A stretch of DNA of 64,000 bases from the human T2T-CHM13v2.0 reference genome, Homo sapiens. Every line of letters begins with the position of its first letter. The stretch's first letter is position 1. Location: assembly GCA_009914755.4 (NCBI GenBank), contig CP068257.2:34496001-34560000 (forward strand), given 5' to 3'. Of this stretch, positions 47,826 to 62,665 are shown in pieces. Position numbers and translations under genes: made by a program. Under the pieces are notes generated by a model that was not told the DNA's origin, did not search any database, and was given only the letters and a program-made list of their open reading frames with translations.

Positions 47826-47974
47826 TAGGAAGAAGAGGCAAACAGGACTGGGGTTGAGCATGGCAGGAGAAGAGAAGGAAGAGTCTAGAATAATCCAACA
47901 GGTAAAGGGGCTACTTTCTGAGAAGGAAAAGATGGGAGAAGGAGCATGTTGAGCAGATGGAATTGAGAGTTTAC

Positions 47975-48285
47975 TGTTGTTTTTTTTTGTGTGTGTGTTT
48001 TGTTTTTTGGTGGGGACAGAGTCTCACTGTGTCACCCAGGCTGGAGTGCAATGGTGCGATCTGAGCCCACTGCAACCTCCGCCTCCTGGATTCCAGTGAT
48101 TCTCCCGCCTCAGCCTCCTGAATAGCTGGGATTACAGCCACCATGCCCAGCTAATTTTTCTATTTTTAGTAGAGATGGAGTTTCACCATGTTGGCCAGGC
48201 TGGTCTCGAACTCCTGACCTCGTGATCCACCCACCTCGGCCTCCCAAAGCGCTGGGATTATAGGCATGGGCCACTGCACCTGGCC
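47975..48285 (-). mobile_element. Alu SINE
   Basis: T/GT-rich head, GACAGAGTCTCACTGTGTCACCCAGGCTGGAGTGCAATGG ... GGCATGGGCCACTGCACCTGGCC. Confidence 0.9.
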
Positions 48286-48290
48286 TAGTT

Positions 48291-48850
48291 TTATTTTTTT
48301 TAACAGCTTTATTGCACTATAATTTTCAGCTCATAAAATGCATTCAAGTGTATAATTCAGTGTTGTTGTTGTTGTTTTTGAGACAGGGTCTTGCCATGTT
48401 GTTTGTGACCCAGGCTGGTCACAACCTCCGGGGCAGAAGCAATCCTCCTACCTCAACCTCTGGAGTAGCTGGGATCACAGGCATGAGCCACTGTGCCCAG
48501 ATAATTTCAGTGATTTTTCATACATTTACAGAGTTGTGCAAGCATCGCCATCATCCCATTTTAGCACGTTTGCCTTACCTGAGAAAGATCGCCGTGCCCA
48601 ATGGCCATTACTCCCTGTTTTCACTGCACCCCAGGCAGCCACTAACCTACTTGCCTTCTCTCTAGATTTGCCTGTGGAGGGCATTTCATATCAATGGAAT
48701 CATACAATGTCTGGTCTTGTGTGTCTGGCGTCTTCCACTAAGCGTGTGTTTTCAGGGTTCATCCATGTTGCGGCGTATCAGTATTTGGTTCCTTTCCATT
48801 GCCTCAGCGTTCCTTTGTGGATAGACCATATTTTGTGGATGGATGCTTGT
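48291..48850 (+). mobile_element. Ancient L1 3'-region fragment (interrupted by Alu fragment 48375–48500)
   Basis: TTTATTGCACTATAATTTTCAGCTCATAAAATGCATTCAAGTGTATAATTCAGTG ... ACATTTACAGAGTTGTGCAAGCATCGCCATCATCC...TTTGCCTGTGGAGGGCATTTCATATCAATGGAATCATACAATGTCTGGTCTTGTGTGTCTGGCGTCTTCCACTAAGCGTGTGTTTTCAGGGTTCATCCATGTTG matches the L1M motif TTTATTGAGATATAATTCACATACCATAAAATTCACC...GGAATCATACAATATGTGGCCTTTTGTGTCTGGCTTCTTTCACTTAGCATAATGTTTTCAAGGTTCATCCATGTTG from memory. Confidence 0.55.
48375..48500 (-). mobile_element. Alu-type fragment (left-monomer-like, reverse)
   Basis: TTTTTGAGACAGGGTCTTGCCATGTTGTTTGTGACCCAGGCTGGTCACAACCTCC...GGCATGAGCCACTGTGCCCAG; inserted in L1 with flank ATAATT(T)CAGTG duplicated. 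Confidence 0.7.
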
Positions 48851-49056
48851 CTTAGTTAATTCAGGCTGCTCCAATAAAATAGTGTAAACTAGGTATTTCT
48901 GTTATAAGTGACAGTAGTGTATTCCTATAGTTCTGGAGGCTGAGAAGTTCAAGATCAAGGTGCTGGCAGATTCGGTGTCTGGTGGGGCCTGCTTGCTGTA
49001 TCCTCACAGTGGAAAGAACAGCCAGGCTCCCTTGGGTCTCTTTAATTTAGTTTATT

Positions 49057-49334
49057 TGTTTGAGACAGGGTCTCATTCTGTTGCCCAGACTGGAGTGCAG
49101 TGGCATGATCATGGCTCACTGCAGCCTCAACCTCCCAAACTCAAGTGATCCTCCCAACTCAGACTCCTGAGTACCTGGGACTATAGGCATGTGCCACTAC
49201 ACCCTGCTAATTTTTGTATTGTTTGTAGAGATGGGGTTTCACCATGTTGCTCAGGTTAGTCTCAAACTCCTGGACTCAAGTGATCCACCTGCTTTGGCCT
49301 CCCAGGATTTCAGATGTGAGCCACTCCGTTCAGC
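49057..49334 (-). mobile_element. Alu SINE
   Basis: TTTGTTTGAGACAGGGTCTCATTCTGTTGCCCAGACTGGAGTGCAGTGGCATG ... GATGTGAGCCACTCCGTTCAGC. Confidence 0.85.
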
Positions 49335-49398
49335 TGGTGTCCCTTTTAAAAGAGCACTAATCCCATGACATAATCACCTCCCAAAGTCTTCACTTTCT

Positions 49399-49694
49399 TT
49401 TTTTTTTGAGATGGAGTCTTGTTCTGTTACCCAGGCTGGGGTACAGTGGCGCAGTCTCACCTCACTGCAACCTCCATGGCTCCTGGGTTCAAGCAATGCT
49501 CATGCCTCATCCTCCCGAGTAGCTGGGACAGGTGTGTGCCACCATGCCCAGCTATTTTTTATGTTTATTTTTTGGTAGAGATGGGTTTTCACGATGTTGG
49601 CCAGGCTGGTCTCAAACATCTGACCTCAAGTGATCTGCCCGCCTTGGCCTCTCAAAAGTGCTGAGATTACAGGTGTGAGTCACCATGCCCAGCC
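49399..49694 (-). mobile_element. Alu SINE
   Basis: T9 GAGATGGAGTCTTGTTCTGTTACCCAGGCTGGGGTACAGTGGCGC ... GGTGTGAGTCACCATGCCCAGCC. Confidence 0.88.
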
Positions 49695-49913
49695 GCCAGG
49701 GAATGTATTTAGCAGTTGGTAGAGGAGGAGGAAAGAAGTTCAGAGAGGTAGATGGGAAACAAGCTCTGGCGCTGGAGGGGCCAGAGGAGTGTGTGGGCCA
49801 AGTGGAGGCTGCTAGGCTGCTTAAAGAAGTGGTCTGCCGCAGAGTGCTACTGAGAGGTAAAGTGAGGAAACAGAAAGGACCTCTGCCATTGGTGACTTGA
49901 AAGTAGTGGTGGT

Positions 49914-50222
<309 letters not shown>

Positions 50223-51023
50223 AGTAGTGGTGGCCTGGTGAAGATTGGATTGGGTCTGGAGTGATCGGAAATTGAAGTATGAGATTTCATGAAATTTTTA
50301 TAACTGTACTGGCCTGTAAATGAAAGACTCAAGCTTAAAGAACGTGTTGTACCTTCAGTTCAGTTTCTTCCATTTACCATATTTGCCTTTTTATTTGATT
50401 GACTACATCCAACTTGTTTAGCAATCTACCCAGCTAACCGCGTTCACTCACGTTTAACTATATAGCATTGCTCTGTATTTGTCTTTCCTTTCAGACTGAG
50501 CAGTACTGGTGAAATACTATTTGTCCTCATATATCAATTAGGATTGTGGTTGGCTATAACAGAAAACCTGATAGAACAGTGGCTTAAACAAATTAGCTGT
50601 TATGTGCAGAAAACATACACCAGACATTACAGCATCCGGGGTTGGCATGTGGTGCCTTCATCATGCCATCTGGGGCTGCAGGGGCTCTGTCGTTCCACTC
50701 AGCCATCGTTAGTTTGTGACTTTCGTGCATGTTTCATGACAGGTGCAAGATGTAGCTTCACTCCAACATCATGCCTTTGTTCTAGGCAGAAAGAGGAAGA
50801 AAGGAGGACAAAAGGCTTATGCCAGGAAGTCTGCCTCCTTTCCAACAGCCTTTTGACCCACAGCTTCTACTGACATCTCATTGTCAAGAGCTGTCACATG
50901 GCCACCTAGATGCAAGGGAGTCTGGGAATTACAGTGTTACCATGAACAAAACCAGTGCTCCCTTAGTACAGAAAAGGAGAACAAGGCATGTTGGGTAGAT
51001 GCCTGCCACACTTTAAATAAAAC

Positions 51024-51182
51024 AGCCAGGCATGGTGATACATCCCAATAGTCCCAGCTACTTGGGAGGCTGAGGTGGAAGGAAGGATCACTTGAGCTTA
51101 GGAGGTCAAGGCTGCAGTGACCCGTGATCGTGCCACTGCACTGCAGCCTGGGTGGCAGAGTAAGACCCTGCCTCCAAAAAAA
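51024..51182 (+). mobile_element. Alu partial (right arm)
   Basis: CAGCCAGGCATGGTGATACATCCCAATAGTCCCAGCTACTTGGGAGGCTGAGGTGG...CACTGCACTGCAGCCTGGGTGGCAGAGTAAGACCCTGCCTCC. Confidence 0.75.
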
Positions 51183-51559
51183 CATAAAAAGTTTAGAAAT
51201 GCCATATGATGGGAGGGGCCGTGCTCATTTAAAATTACCGGCTGGCAACAACATATAGTCTAGCAGCTTTGGAGCTTTGATCCTGGAATTAATTTTGTCA
51301 GTTACTTGGAGCCCTAGCACTTCTATGCTGTCTGCTCCTGTTTCCTGTTCTCCCCCAGAATCCACGAGGGCGGGAACTATTTATCTTTCATCTCCCACAG
51401 TGCCTGGCCCAGAAGCCTTGCTAAATATTTGAACAGGATTGCCCAGTGAGTTTGTGCACAGTTGTGTTTGTGGACACGTGTCTTCTGTAGCTCTGGGTTG
51501 GGAATGATTTGTATCCCCAAATGGCTCTCTCATTTGGTTATTTTTTGATTTGCTTTTAG

Positions 51560-51585
51560 ATACTTTTCTGCTGTGAGAATGTAAG
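51560..51585 (+). other. DOP1B: DOP1B 5'UTR portion of the first coding exon (exon begins at acceptor ttgcttttag|ATAC)
   Basis: Polypyrimidine tract ctctctcatttggttattttttgatttgcttttag immediately upstream; ATG at 51586. Confidence 0.6.
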
Positions 51586-51723
51586 ATGGATCCAGAAGAG
51601 CAGGAGCTCTTAAATGATTACAGATACAGAAGCTACTCTTCAGTGATTGAAAAGGCTTTGAGAAATTTTGAGTCCTCGAGTGAATGGGCGGATCTCATAT
51701 CTTCACTTGGCAAACTCAACAAG
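51586..51723 (+). CDS. DOP1B: DOP1B (DOPEY2) first coding exon: [46 protein letters not shown] (46 codons)
   Basis: ATG in good context (gtaagATGG); translation is the conserved N-terminus of Dopey-family proteins and to my recollection the exact start of human DOP1B, the chr21 gene immediately distal to CBR3; donor AACAAG|GTATGTAGG at 51723/51724. Confidence 0.8.
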
Positions 51724-52245
51724 GTATGTAGGGTGTATCCTATTTGGATTGCATGGAGGTGGGGACGTAATTGTCTTTTTATTATTATAAGAAATTACAT
51801 GATTATATTATTTGTATTTTATAATCTTTATATCATTACATATTATACAGTATAATCTTTATATTATTTCAAGGAAATACCATTATATATACAATGATGA
51901 TTACAATAATTAGAAAATATAGAAAAGAAAAAAACCACTCATAATTCTGTCCTCCAGTGTTACCCACTGTTAACCTATCAATGTATGTACCTCCTTCCAG
52001 CTTTTTCTGAGCATAAAAATATATATAGTGTTCGTATAGTTGAAGTCTTTTTCTTAACAATGTTAATGTCTAGACAAGATAAAATTTAAAATGGTCAAAT
52101 TAGGTATTCAAAGACTGTTCTTTGTATACTCCTTAGGATTTTTATTTATTTTTCTTCTTTGATCTACTTTTTTGATCCTTTTACTGCTGTCTGGTAACTC
52201 CTAGAAGAATAAAAGTTGAAATAAATATTGAAATCTGCCCAAAAC

Positions 52246-52294
52246 TTGTGTGTGTGTGTGCATGTGTGTGCATACGTGTGTGCATGTGTGTGTA
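52246..52294. repeat. (TG)n / (TGTGTGCA)n microsatellite
   Basis: tgtgtgtgtgtgtgcatgtgtgtgcatacgtgtgtgcatgtgtgtgtat. Confidence 0.9.
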
Positions 52295-52571
52295 TGGGGT
52301 CAGATCTAGGAAAACCAAAACTGGTCACACGTGGGCTTGACCTTGTACTCTATATCAGGGGTCCCCAACCCCCAGGCCGCTGACCGGTACCAGTCCGTGG
52401 CCTATTAGGAACCGGGACGCACAGCAGGAGGTGAGCGGTGCGAGCGAGCATTACCGCTTGGGCTCTGCCTCCTGTCAGATTAGTGGTGGCACTGGGTTCT
52501 CACTGGAGCATAAACCCTATCGTGAACTGCACATGTGAGGGATCTAGGTTGCATGCTCTTTAGGAGAATCT

Positions 52572-52885
<314 letters not shown>

Positions 52886-53003
52886 TAACTAATACCTGAT
52901 GATCTGAGGTGGTACAACAGCAGATCTACAGTTTCATCCTGAAACCAACCAGGCGCCCTCCCACCCATCTGCCACCCCATCTGTGGAGAAATTGTCTTCC
53001 ACG

Positions 53004-53302
53004 TGGCCAGACGTGGTGGCTCACACCTGTAATCCCAGCACTTTGGGAGGCCAAGGTGAGTGGCGGATCACAAAATCAGGAGATCGAGACCATCCTGGCT
53101 AATGCGGTGAAACCCTGTCTCTACTAAAAATACAAAAAAATTAGCCGGGCGTGGTGGCGAGCACCTGTAGTCCCAGCTTCTCAGGAGGCTGAGGCAGGAG
53201 AATGGCGTGAACCAGGGAGGCGGAGCTTGCAGTGAGCTGAGATTGCACCACTGCCCTCCATCCTGGGTGACAGAGCAAGACTCCGTCTCAAAAAAAAAAA
53301 AA
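53004..53302 (+). mobile_element. Alu SINE (AluY-like) with perfect 14–16-bp TSD (G)AAATTGTCTTCCACG
   Basis: GGCCAGACGTGGTGGCTCACACCTGTAATCCCAGCACTTTGGGAGGCCAAGGTGAGTGGCGGATCACAAAATCAGGAGATCGAGACCATCCTGGCTAATGCGGTGAAACCCTGTCTCTACTAAAAATACAAAAAAATTAGCCGGGCGTGGTGG; A13 tail; TSD at 52988–53003 and 53301–53314. Confidence 0.95.
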
Positions 53303-54034
53303 TTGTCTTCCACGAAACTGGTCCCTGGTGCCAAAAAGGTTGGGAACCACATCTCTATATAAGTGACATATAGATGGGAGCATTATATTTTCCCATCCTT
53401 TCTTTCCCAGAAAGAAAGTGACACAGGGACTTTCAAGCGCTCAGATGACCACTACAACATGTAGGTAGATGATACCTGGGCTTAGATAAGCTGTACCTGG
53501 CTCTGTTGCTGTTCAGACAGGACCTGAGTTTGGAGCCCAAGTGCTAGGTGGGAGTTAGGAGATGTCTAACTCTACTCTGCAGATCTCAGCTCCCCAGGCC
53601 AAACACACCAGGGGAACTGGGGTGAGTGAAGAATTTCAGCAGCCTGACCCTCCAGCCCTGACAGATGGCTATCAGGCACGCTGCAGATGGGCAGTTCTTA
53701 CAGCTCGTGGCCAGTAAGCTGCTGGTCTTTTGCAAGGTATATTTACGACCTGTAAATGTCACGGCTCCGTGCTGGCTGGGGTGGATAAATGTTTCTAAGG
53801 TCTTTAAAACAGGAAATAAGAGCTTGCAAATTCTTTGGTTTTACAGCTCTATCTCAGGAATTCTCTAGGTGAATGCAGATTGCATTCGCAGACTTGCTCT
53901 GAAGGTGGATTGCTTTTTGAGGGGAAAGGGAGAAGCAGTAGAACCGCATTGAGTCCCACATTCTTCTGGATGTTTCACTTTTCAGTACTCAGCCCTCCTG
54001 GAGTCTAAGAACAGACTACTTTTTCTTTCTTTTC

Positions 54035-55379
<1,345 letters not shown>

Positions 55380-55672
55380 TTTTTTTTTTTTTGACACTCG
55401 CTCTGTTGCCCAGGCTGGAGTGCAGTTGTGCAATCTTGGCTCCTGCAACCTCCACCTCCTGGGTTCAAGCGATTCTCATCCCTCAGCCTCCTGAGTAGCT
55501 GGGGTTATAGGCGTTAGCGACCATGCCTGGCTAATTTTTTATTTTTACTTTTTAATACAGATGGGGTTTCACCATCTTGGCCAGGCTGGTCTCGAACTCC
55601 TGACCTCAGGTGATCTGCCCGCCTCAACCTCCCAAAGTGCTGGGGTTACAGGTTTGAGCCACTGTGCCCAGC
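55380..55672 (-). mobile_element. Alu SINE with TSD TTATTTTCA(A)G (inserted in L1)
   Basis: T12 GACACTCGCTCTGTTGCCCAGGCTGGAGTGCAGTTGTGCAATC ... GGTTTGAGCCACTGTGCCCAGCC. Confidence 0.9.
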
Positions 55673-55675
55673 CTA

Positions 55676-55735
55676 TTTTCAGTTTTTTAAAAATGATAAC
55701 CATCCTAGTTGTGTGAAGTGGTCTCTCCCTGTGGG
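55676..55735 (+). mobile_element. L1 ORF2 fragment continuation (upstream of RPL3 retrocopy insertion point)
   Basis: GATAACCATCCTAGTTGTGTGAAGTGGTCTCTCCCTGTGG ~ L1 GATCGCCATTCTAACTGGTGTGAGATGGTATCTCATTGTGG; ends with the 12-bp TSD. Confidence 0.5.
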
Positions 55736-55736
55736 T

Positions 55737-57046
55737 TTTTTTTTTTAATTAATAATTTTAAAAAATAACTTTTATTGAGACCCCACCAGGTGCAAAACCT
55801 GTTCCTGGCGTTAAGCTCCTTCTTCCTTTGCAATTCGGTCTTTCTCGAGTGGTCCCATGAATGCTTTCTTCTCCTCCATGGTCTGGAAGCGGCCATAGCC
55901 AAACTTGGAGGTGGTGTCAGTGAACTTAAGGTCAGTCTTCTCCAGAGCCCATCGTCTGGTCTGCACCAGCAAAGATGTGCAGAGAATGAGCACTCGCTTC
56001 TTGGTTCCCACCACACAGCCTTTCAGCATAACAGAGTTATTGGTCACTTCACCATAGTGGACAAAGCCACCCAGAAGGTCGATGCTCTTGTCAGACAGGT
56101 CATAGTCCGTGGAGGCATTGTTCTTGATCGGTTTGCTGTCCTCAGTAAGGTAGCCCTGGTCAATCTTACAGATCTTCTTGTTGATCTCAGTGTGGTGATG
56201 GTCGCCTTTCTGCCCAGCACATGCCATGGAGAAGGCCACATGGTCAGGATGCCATGCCCCAATCCAGGCCACCTTGCACAGGCCTCGGTGGGTCTTGTGG
56301 GGCAGCTTCTTGGTGTGCCAACAACTGGTGACCCCTTTGTAGCCTTTGCCCTTGGTCACCCCGATGATGTCGATCATCTCGTCCAGCCCAAACGCTTGGT
56401 TCACAGGTACCTGCTGCTGTAGCCCCTCCTGGGCTCAGTCCAGCTTCTCAGCCATGGTGCCTCCGTTCACTTGGATCTCCATCAGCTGGGCCTTCTTCTG
56501 GCGCAGAGGAAGTAGGCGCGTCTGGGTGTGGGCAGCGAGGTGGGTGACTTGGCAGTGCTTCCTCATGCTGCTGAAGTCTTCTCCAGCTGCTTCTTGCCAT
56601 CCTCATCCTGCCATTTCTTGCAGTACTTGGTAAAGGCCTTCTTCCTAGATTTATGCCGGTTGTTAGAGAAACACCTTTTGCACTCATCGTTGATGTGCTC
56701 AGCAAAGATGGCCTTGAAGGTCCGGAGGCCTCAAGGGGTTTCCACGTAGCCCGCAATGCCCACAACCACCATAGGTGGTGTCTCCACAGTAGTCATGGCC
56801 TCTACCACCTCCTTCACTTTCACCTTGGATCTTGGCCTGTCGACTTCCCGTGTGATGTGGGTCATGCCAGCCTTGTATCCCAGGAAGGCTGTGACGTTGA
56901 CCAGCTTGGAAGGGTCATCCTTAGGGAAGCTCTTCACCTTCCCACGTTGCCTATTTCTTCGCTCCTATGGCAGGAAGCAGAGGGACCCATGTCTGGGAGT
57001 GGAGAACTTTCTGTGAGACATCACACAATCAAATTCCACCGGTAGA
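55737..57046 (-). pseudogene. RPL3 (60S ribosomal protein L3) processed pseudogene, near full-length, multiply disabled
   Basis: Minus-strand ORF pieces [68 protein letters not shown] (56731–56937) and [41 protein letters not shown]...[16 protein letters not shown] (55811–56404) match RPL3; start codon complement CAT at 57019–57021 (rc ATGTCTCACAGAAAGTTCTCC = MSHRKFS); intronless; AATAAA + poly-A (poly-T on plus at 55737–55749); several frameshifts; 12-bp TSD CTCTCCCTGTGG at 55724–55735 and 57048–57059. Confidence 0.9.
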
Positions 57047-57150
57047 GCTCTCCCTGTGGTTTTGATTTGCATTTCCCTAATGACTAATAATTTTGAGCAC
57101 CTTTTCATATGCTTTTTGGGCATTTGTGTATCTTTTTGGAAGAAATTTCT
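57047..57150 (+). mobile_element. L1 ORF2 fragment continuation (downstream of RPL3 retrocopy)
   Basis: CTCTCCCTGTGGTTTTGATTTGCATTTCCCTAATGACTAATAATTTTGAGCACCTTTTCATATGCTTTTTGGGCATTTGTGTATCTTTTTGGAGAAATTTCTATTC ~ L1 ...TCTCATTGTGGTTTTGATTTGCATTTCTCTAATGACCAGTGATGATGAGCATTTTTTCATGTGTCT... Confidence 0.65.
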
Positions 57151-57156
57151 ATTCTA

Positions 57157-57465
<309 letters not shown>

Positions 57466-57490
57466 TTATTATTTATTTATTTATAATTAT

Positions 57491-57657
57491 CCAGCCGTGG
57501 TAGTGCTTGCTTGTCCTCCCAGCTACTTAGGAGGCTGAAGTAGGAGGATCGCTTGAGCCCAGGAGATCAAGGCTGCAGTGAGCATGATCATGCCACTACG
57601 CTGCAGCACGTAGTGCTGAGTGACAGAACAAAACCCTGTTTCAAAAAAAAAAAAAAA
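57491..57657 (+). mobile_element. Alu partial (right arm)
   Basis: CCAGCCGTGGTAGTGCTTGCTTGTCCTCCCAGCTACTTAGGAGGCTGAAGTAGGAGGATCGCTTGAGCCCAGGAG...A15 tail. Confidence 0.8.
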
Positions 57658-58189
57658 GACATAACTTTGTTAGAGTTGTTACCTGAGGATTCCCATCCCA
57701 AGGGTCTCCTCTTGGATCTCATTTCTTGTTCCCTGCTGCTGTGATTAACTGTTGAGTTTAAGCAGCCACCTTGAAGAATTTGCAAGATACGGTTGGGACA
57801 AAGGTGATGCTGTCAGTCCCTACCTCTGCTTTGCCTGAGGCCGCTGACATTCATGGAGAGCTCACTGCGTGCTAAGGAGTTGACGTGCATTATTGTATAA
57901 TACTTAAAATGTATCTTGAGATCCGTCTCAGGTTCAACCACTTGTGCAAGGCCACTGCCAGCCAGTGGCAGAGAGAGGGCTCAGACCCCGACCAGCCTGG
58001 TTCCAAGGCCCATGCTCATGAGCAGAGCCTCCAGCCTTCTTCATGTCAGTATCTGTATAGCTTACGTAAGGGGAAAGGGCTGTGCTTCTTTGCTGCCAGG
58101 GACCCTGTCTCCATCACCCAAATGCAGTAGGCGCAATTATTAGGCCCATTTTACCGATGAAGGCTAACCTACTTGCCCAGTGTCTTATG

Positions 58190-58700
58190 GCAACTGAGTG
58201 GTTATTATGGATTGAATTTTGGCCTCCGTGAAAGAAACCCTGGAGTCTTAACCCTTAGTACCTCAGTATGTAACTTGATTTGGAAACAGCATCTTTACAG
58301 AGCTAATCGAGCTAGAGGAGGTCATTAGGGGGTGGACCTAATCCAGTGTGACTGGTGTCCTGATGAAAAAGGGGAAATGTAGACACAGACATGCATGAGG
58401 GAAGGCACCATGTGAGGATGAAGGCAGAGACCAGAAAGATGCATCTACAAGCCAAGAAGTGCCAAAGAATGACAGCAAACTCCTAGCAGCGGGGGGAGAG
58501 GCACGGGACAGATTGTCTATGCAGCCTTCAGAAGAAAGCCGCTCTCTTGACACCTTGATTTCAGACTTAACATGAGAGAATACATTTCTGTTGTTGAAGC
58601 CACCTGGTGTGTGGCACTTCGTTATAGCAGCCCTAGAATGCTATGACAGTGGTAGGACAAGATCTGTTAACACCTCAGTGCTGGGGATAAGGCATTGAAC
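58190..58700 (+). mobile_element. Old primate L1 3'-end-type repeat (sense)
   Basis: ...CTTGACACCTTGATTTCAGACTTAACATGAGAGAATACATTTCTGTTGTTGAAGCCACCTGGTGTGTGGCACTTCGTTATAGCAGCCCTAGAATGCTATGACA parallels consensus CTGGCACCTTGATCTTGGACTTCCCAGCCTCCAGAACTGTGAGAAATAAATGTTTGTTGTTTAAGCCACCCAGTCTATGGTATTTTGTTATAGCAGCCCGAACTAAGACA (from memory). Confidence 0.5.
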
Positions 58701-59322
58701 ACTAAGCCCCTGCTCTCATGGAAAGAAATGACGCTTTCTTGGCGAGAGACAGACGACAGATGACTGTGTGATGTCAGATGCTGAATGCTAAGAAGAAAAA
58801 TAAACTGGGGAAGTGGGGTATGGAGGAAGGAGGAGGGAGTGCTATTTTAGACAGAGAGGACACTGACAGCGTGACCTTAAAGCAGAGGTTGGGGTGAAGT
58901 GAGCAAGCTGGTGGGAAGGGCAATCTGGGGCATGGGCCTGTGTCCAAGGCATGGGAAGGGGACAGGAGTAGCCAGAGGACAGAGTGACCAGAGATACAGC
59001 AGGGTCAGGCCACTGATAGGATTTTGCTCTGGCGGGGAGGGGAAGCCACTGAGCTTCCTCCCAGGGAGGCTGTGAGCAAGGGAACCTCTGCCTCACCCAT
59101 TCCAAGAATTCCCCGGGCCGTCAGCAAGCACAAGAGCCAGTGTGGATGCCCGCACCATTAGGCCTGAGATCAGTTCCTGCCGTTACTGGATGTGGAGGGT
59201 TTGGATGGTGCTGGAGGGAGCACATCTTGATCAGCATCAGGAATACTTGGTTCTGTGAAACTTGCAACTTCTGCATTCAAGGGTCCCTGATAGGAGTTGG
59301 TATGAATAAAGAATTTTCTTCA

Positions 59323-59597
59323 CTGGGTGCAGTGATGCATGCCTGTAATCCTAGCACTTTGGGAGGCTGAAGGCAGAAGGATCACTTGAGCCCAGGAGTT
59401 TCAGACCAGCTTGGGCAACATGGCAAAACCTTGTCTCTCCAAAACTACAAAAATTATCTGGCCATGGTGGTGCACACCTGTAGTCCAGCTACTCAGAAGC
59501 CTGAGGTGGGAGGATCCCTGGAGCCTCAGCCTGGAGCTCTTGCACCACTGCACTCCATCCTGGGTGACAGAGTGAGACCCTGGCTCAAAAAAAAAAA
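59323..59597 (+). mobile_element. Alu SINE (diverged) with TSD AA(A/G)GAATTTT
   Basis: CTGGGTGCAGTGATGCATGCCTGTAATCCTAGCACTTTGGGAGGCTGAAGGCAGAAGGATCACTTGAGCCCAGGAGTTTCAGACCAGC... Confidence 0.85.
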
Positions 59598-59656
59598 GGA
59601 ATTTTTTTAAGGCTTTGGTGATCGTCACATTTCTTGGACTTATGCACAGAAATTCA

Positions 59657-60007
<351 letters not shown>

Positions 60008-60236
60008 TTAAACAATGATATAGGACACAAAAGCTTAGGGTCAACATTCTTTTTTTTAAGGTAGGTAACTAAATGTTATAATGCATAAAACTTAGATTTG
60101 GAGGAGAAGACTCATCCAGTCAACCCTTTTTTCAACTAAGAAAACTGGTTCCCAGAAGGTCTTGGTATGTCCAGCTGTAGACAGATTCTAATGGTATCAT
60201 TTTCAAACTTGCTTAATGTTTCAGCATCATTTTTAG

Positions 60237-60563
<327 letters not shown>

Positions 60564-60991
60564 CCAAGAAAAACATTTTCATCAAGTGCCCTTTTGAGCC
60601 CTGAACCCAGGTGCTCTACCAAGCCTGATTTACAGCTTTGATTTTGGAAGTGAAGGCTAATAGAAATAAATTAACTCTGGATTTAAAAATCTTATCATTA
60701 AAGCTCTTTAAAAAAAAAAAAAGTTATAATGGTCCTAAATGAACCAGTTTTTTTTGTTTTTTGTTTTTTCGCTGCTTTTATCTGATGACACACTACGGTT
60801 TCACAGAGCAGCCATGAACAGGAAGGGCAGCATGAGGTCTGTGGTGTCACACAGTTCAGCTTCCGGAGTCTTCATCAGTTAGCTACAAGCACCTCCTGTT
60901 TAAAGCAGAGCCTCCTGATGGTGTGTTTCAGAATTAGTGCTGCAGTGTGGTGGGAAGAACACGGGTTGGAGCTTGGAGACCTAGTGAACTA

Positions 60992-61640
<649 letters not shown>

Positions 61641-61860
61641 GGGATCCTGATTTTTTACCCCTGCCTGAATCAACTCCTCTTCCCTGTTGACTAGTATTAG
61701 TTCACATAAATCCTCTTCAGCCTGGAGTCTGTGTTAGTCTGCTAGGGCTGCCATAACAAAATACCACTGGCAGAGTGGATTAAACAACAGATTGTTTTTT
61801 TTCACAGTTCTGGAAGCCAGAAGTCCAATATCAACGTGTCGGCAGGGTTGGTTCTTCTGA

Positions 61861-62292
<432 letters not shown>

Positions 62293-62351
62293 TAGGGCTC
62301 ACCCTAACTGCTTCATTCTACTTTGATTACCTATTTAAAAATCCTGTCTCC

Positions 62352-62665
62352 GGCCGGGTATGGTGGCTCATGCTTGTAATCCCTTGGCCTATGGGAGGCC
62401 AAGATGGGTGGATCACTTGAGGTCAGGAGTTCAAGACCAGCCTGGCCAACATGGTGAAATCCTGTTTCTATTGAAAATATAAAAACGAGCTGGGTATGGT
62501 GGCGCATGCCTGTAATCCCAGCTACTCAGGAGGCTGAGGCAGGAGAATCACTTGAACCCAGAAGGTGGAGGATGCAATGAACCAAGATGGCACCGCTGTT
62601 CTCTAGCCTGGGCAACAGAGTGAGACTCTGTCTCAAAAAAAAAAAAGAAAAGAGAAAGAAAAAGA
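62352..62665 (+). mobile_element. Alu SINE with TSD A(T/A)CCTGTCTC
   Basis: GGCCGGGTATGGTGGCTCATGCTTGTAATCCCTTGGCCTATGGGAGGCCAAGATGGGTGGATCACTTGAGGTCAGGAGTTCAAGACCAGCC; A/GA tail. Confidence 0.9.
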
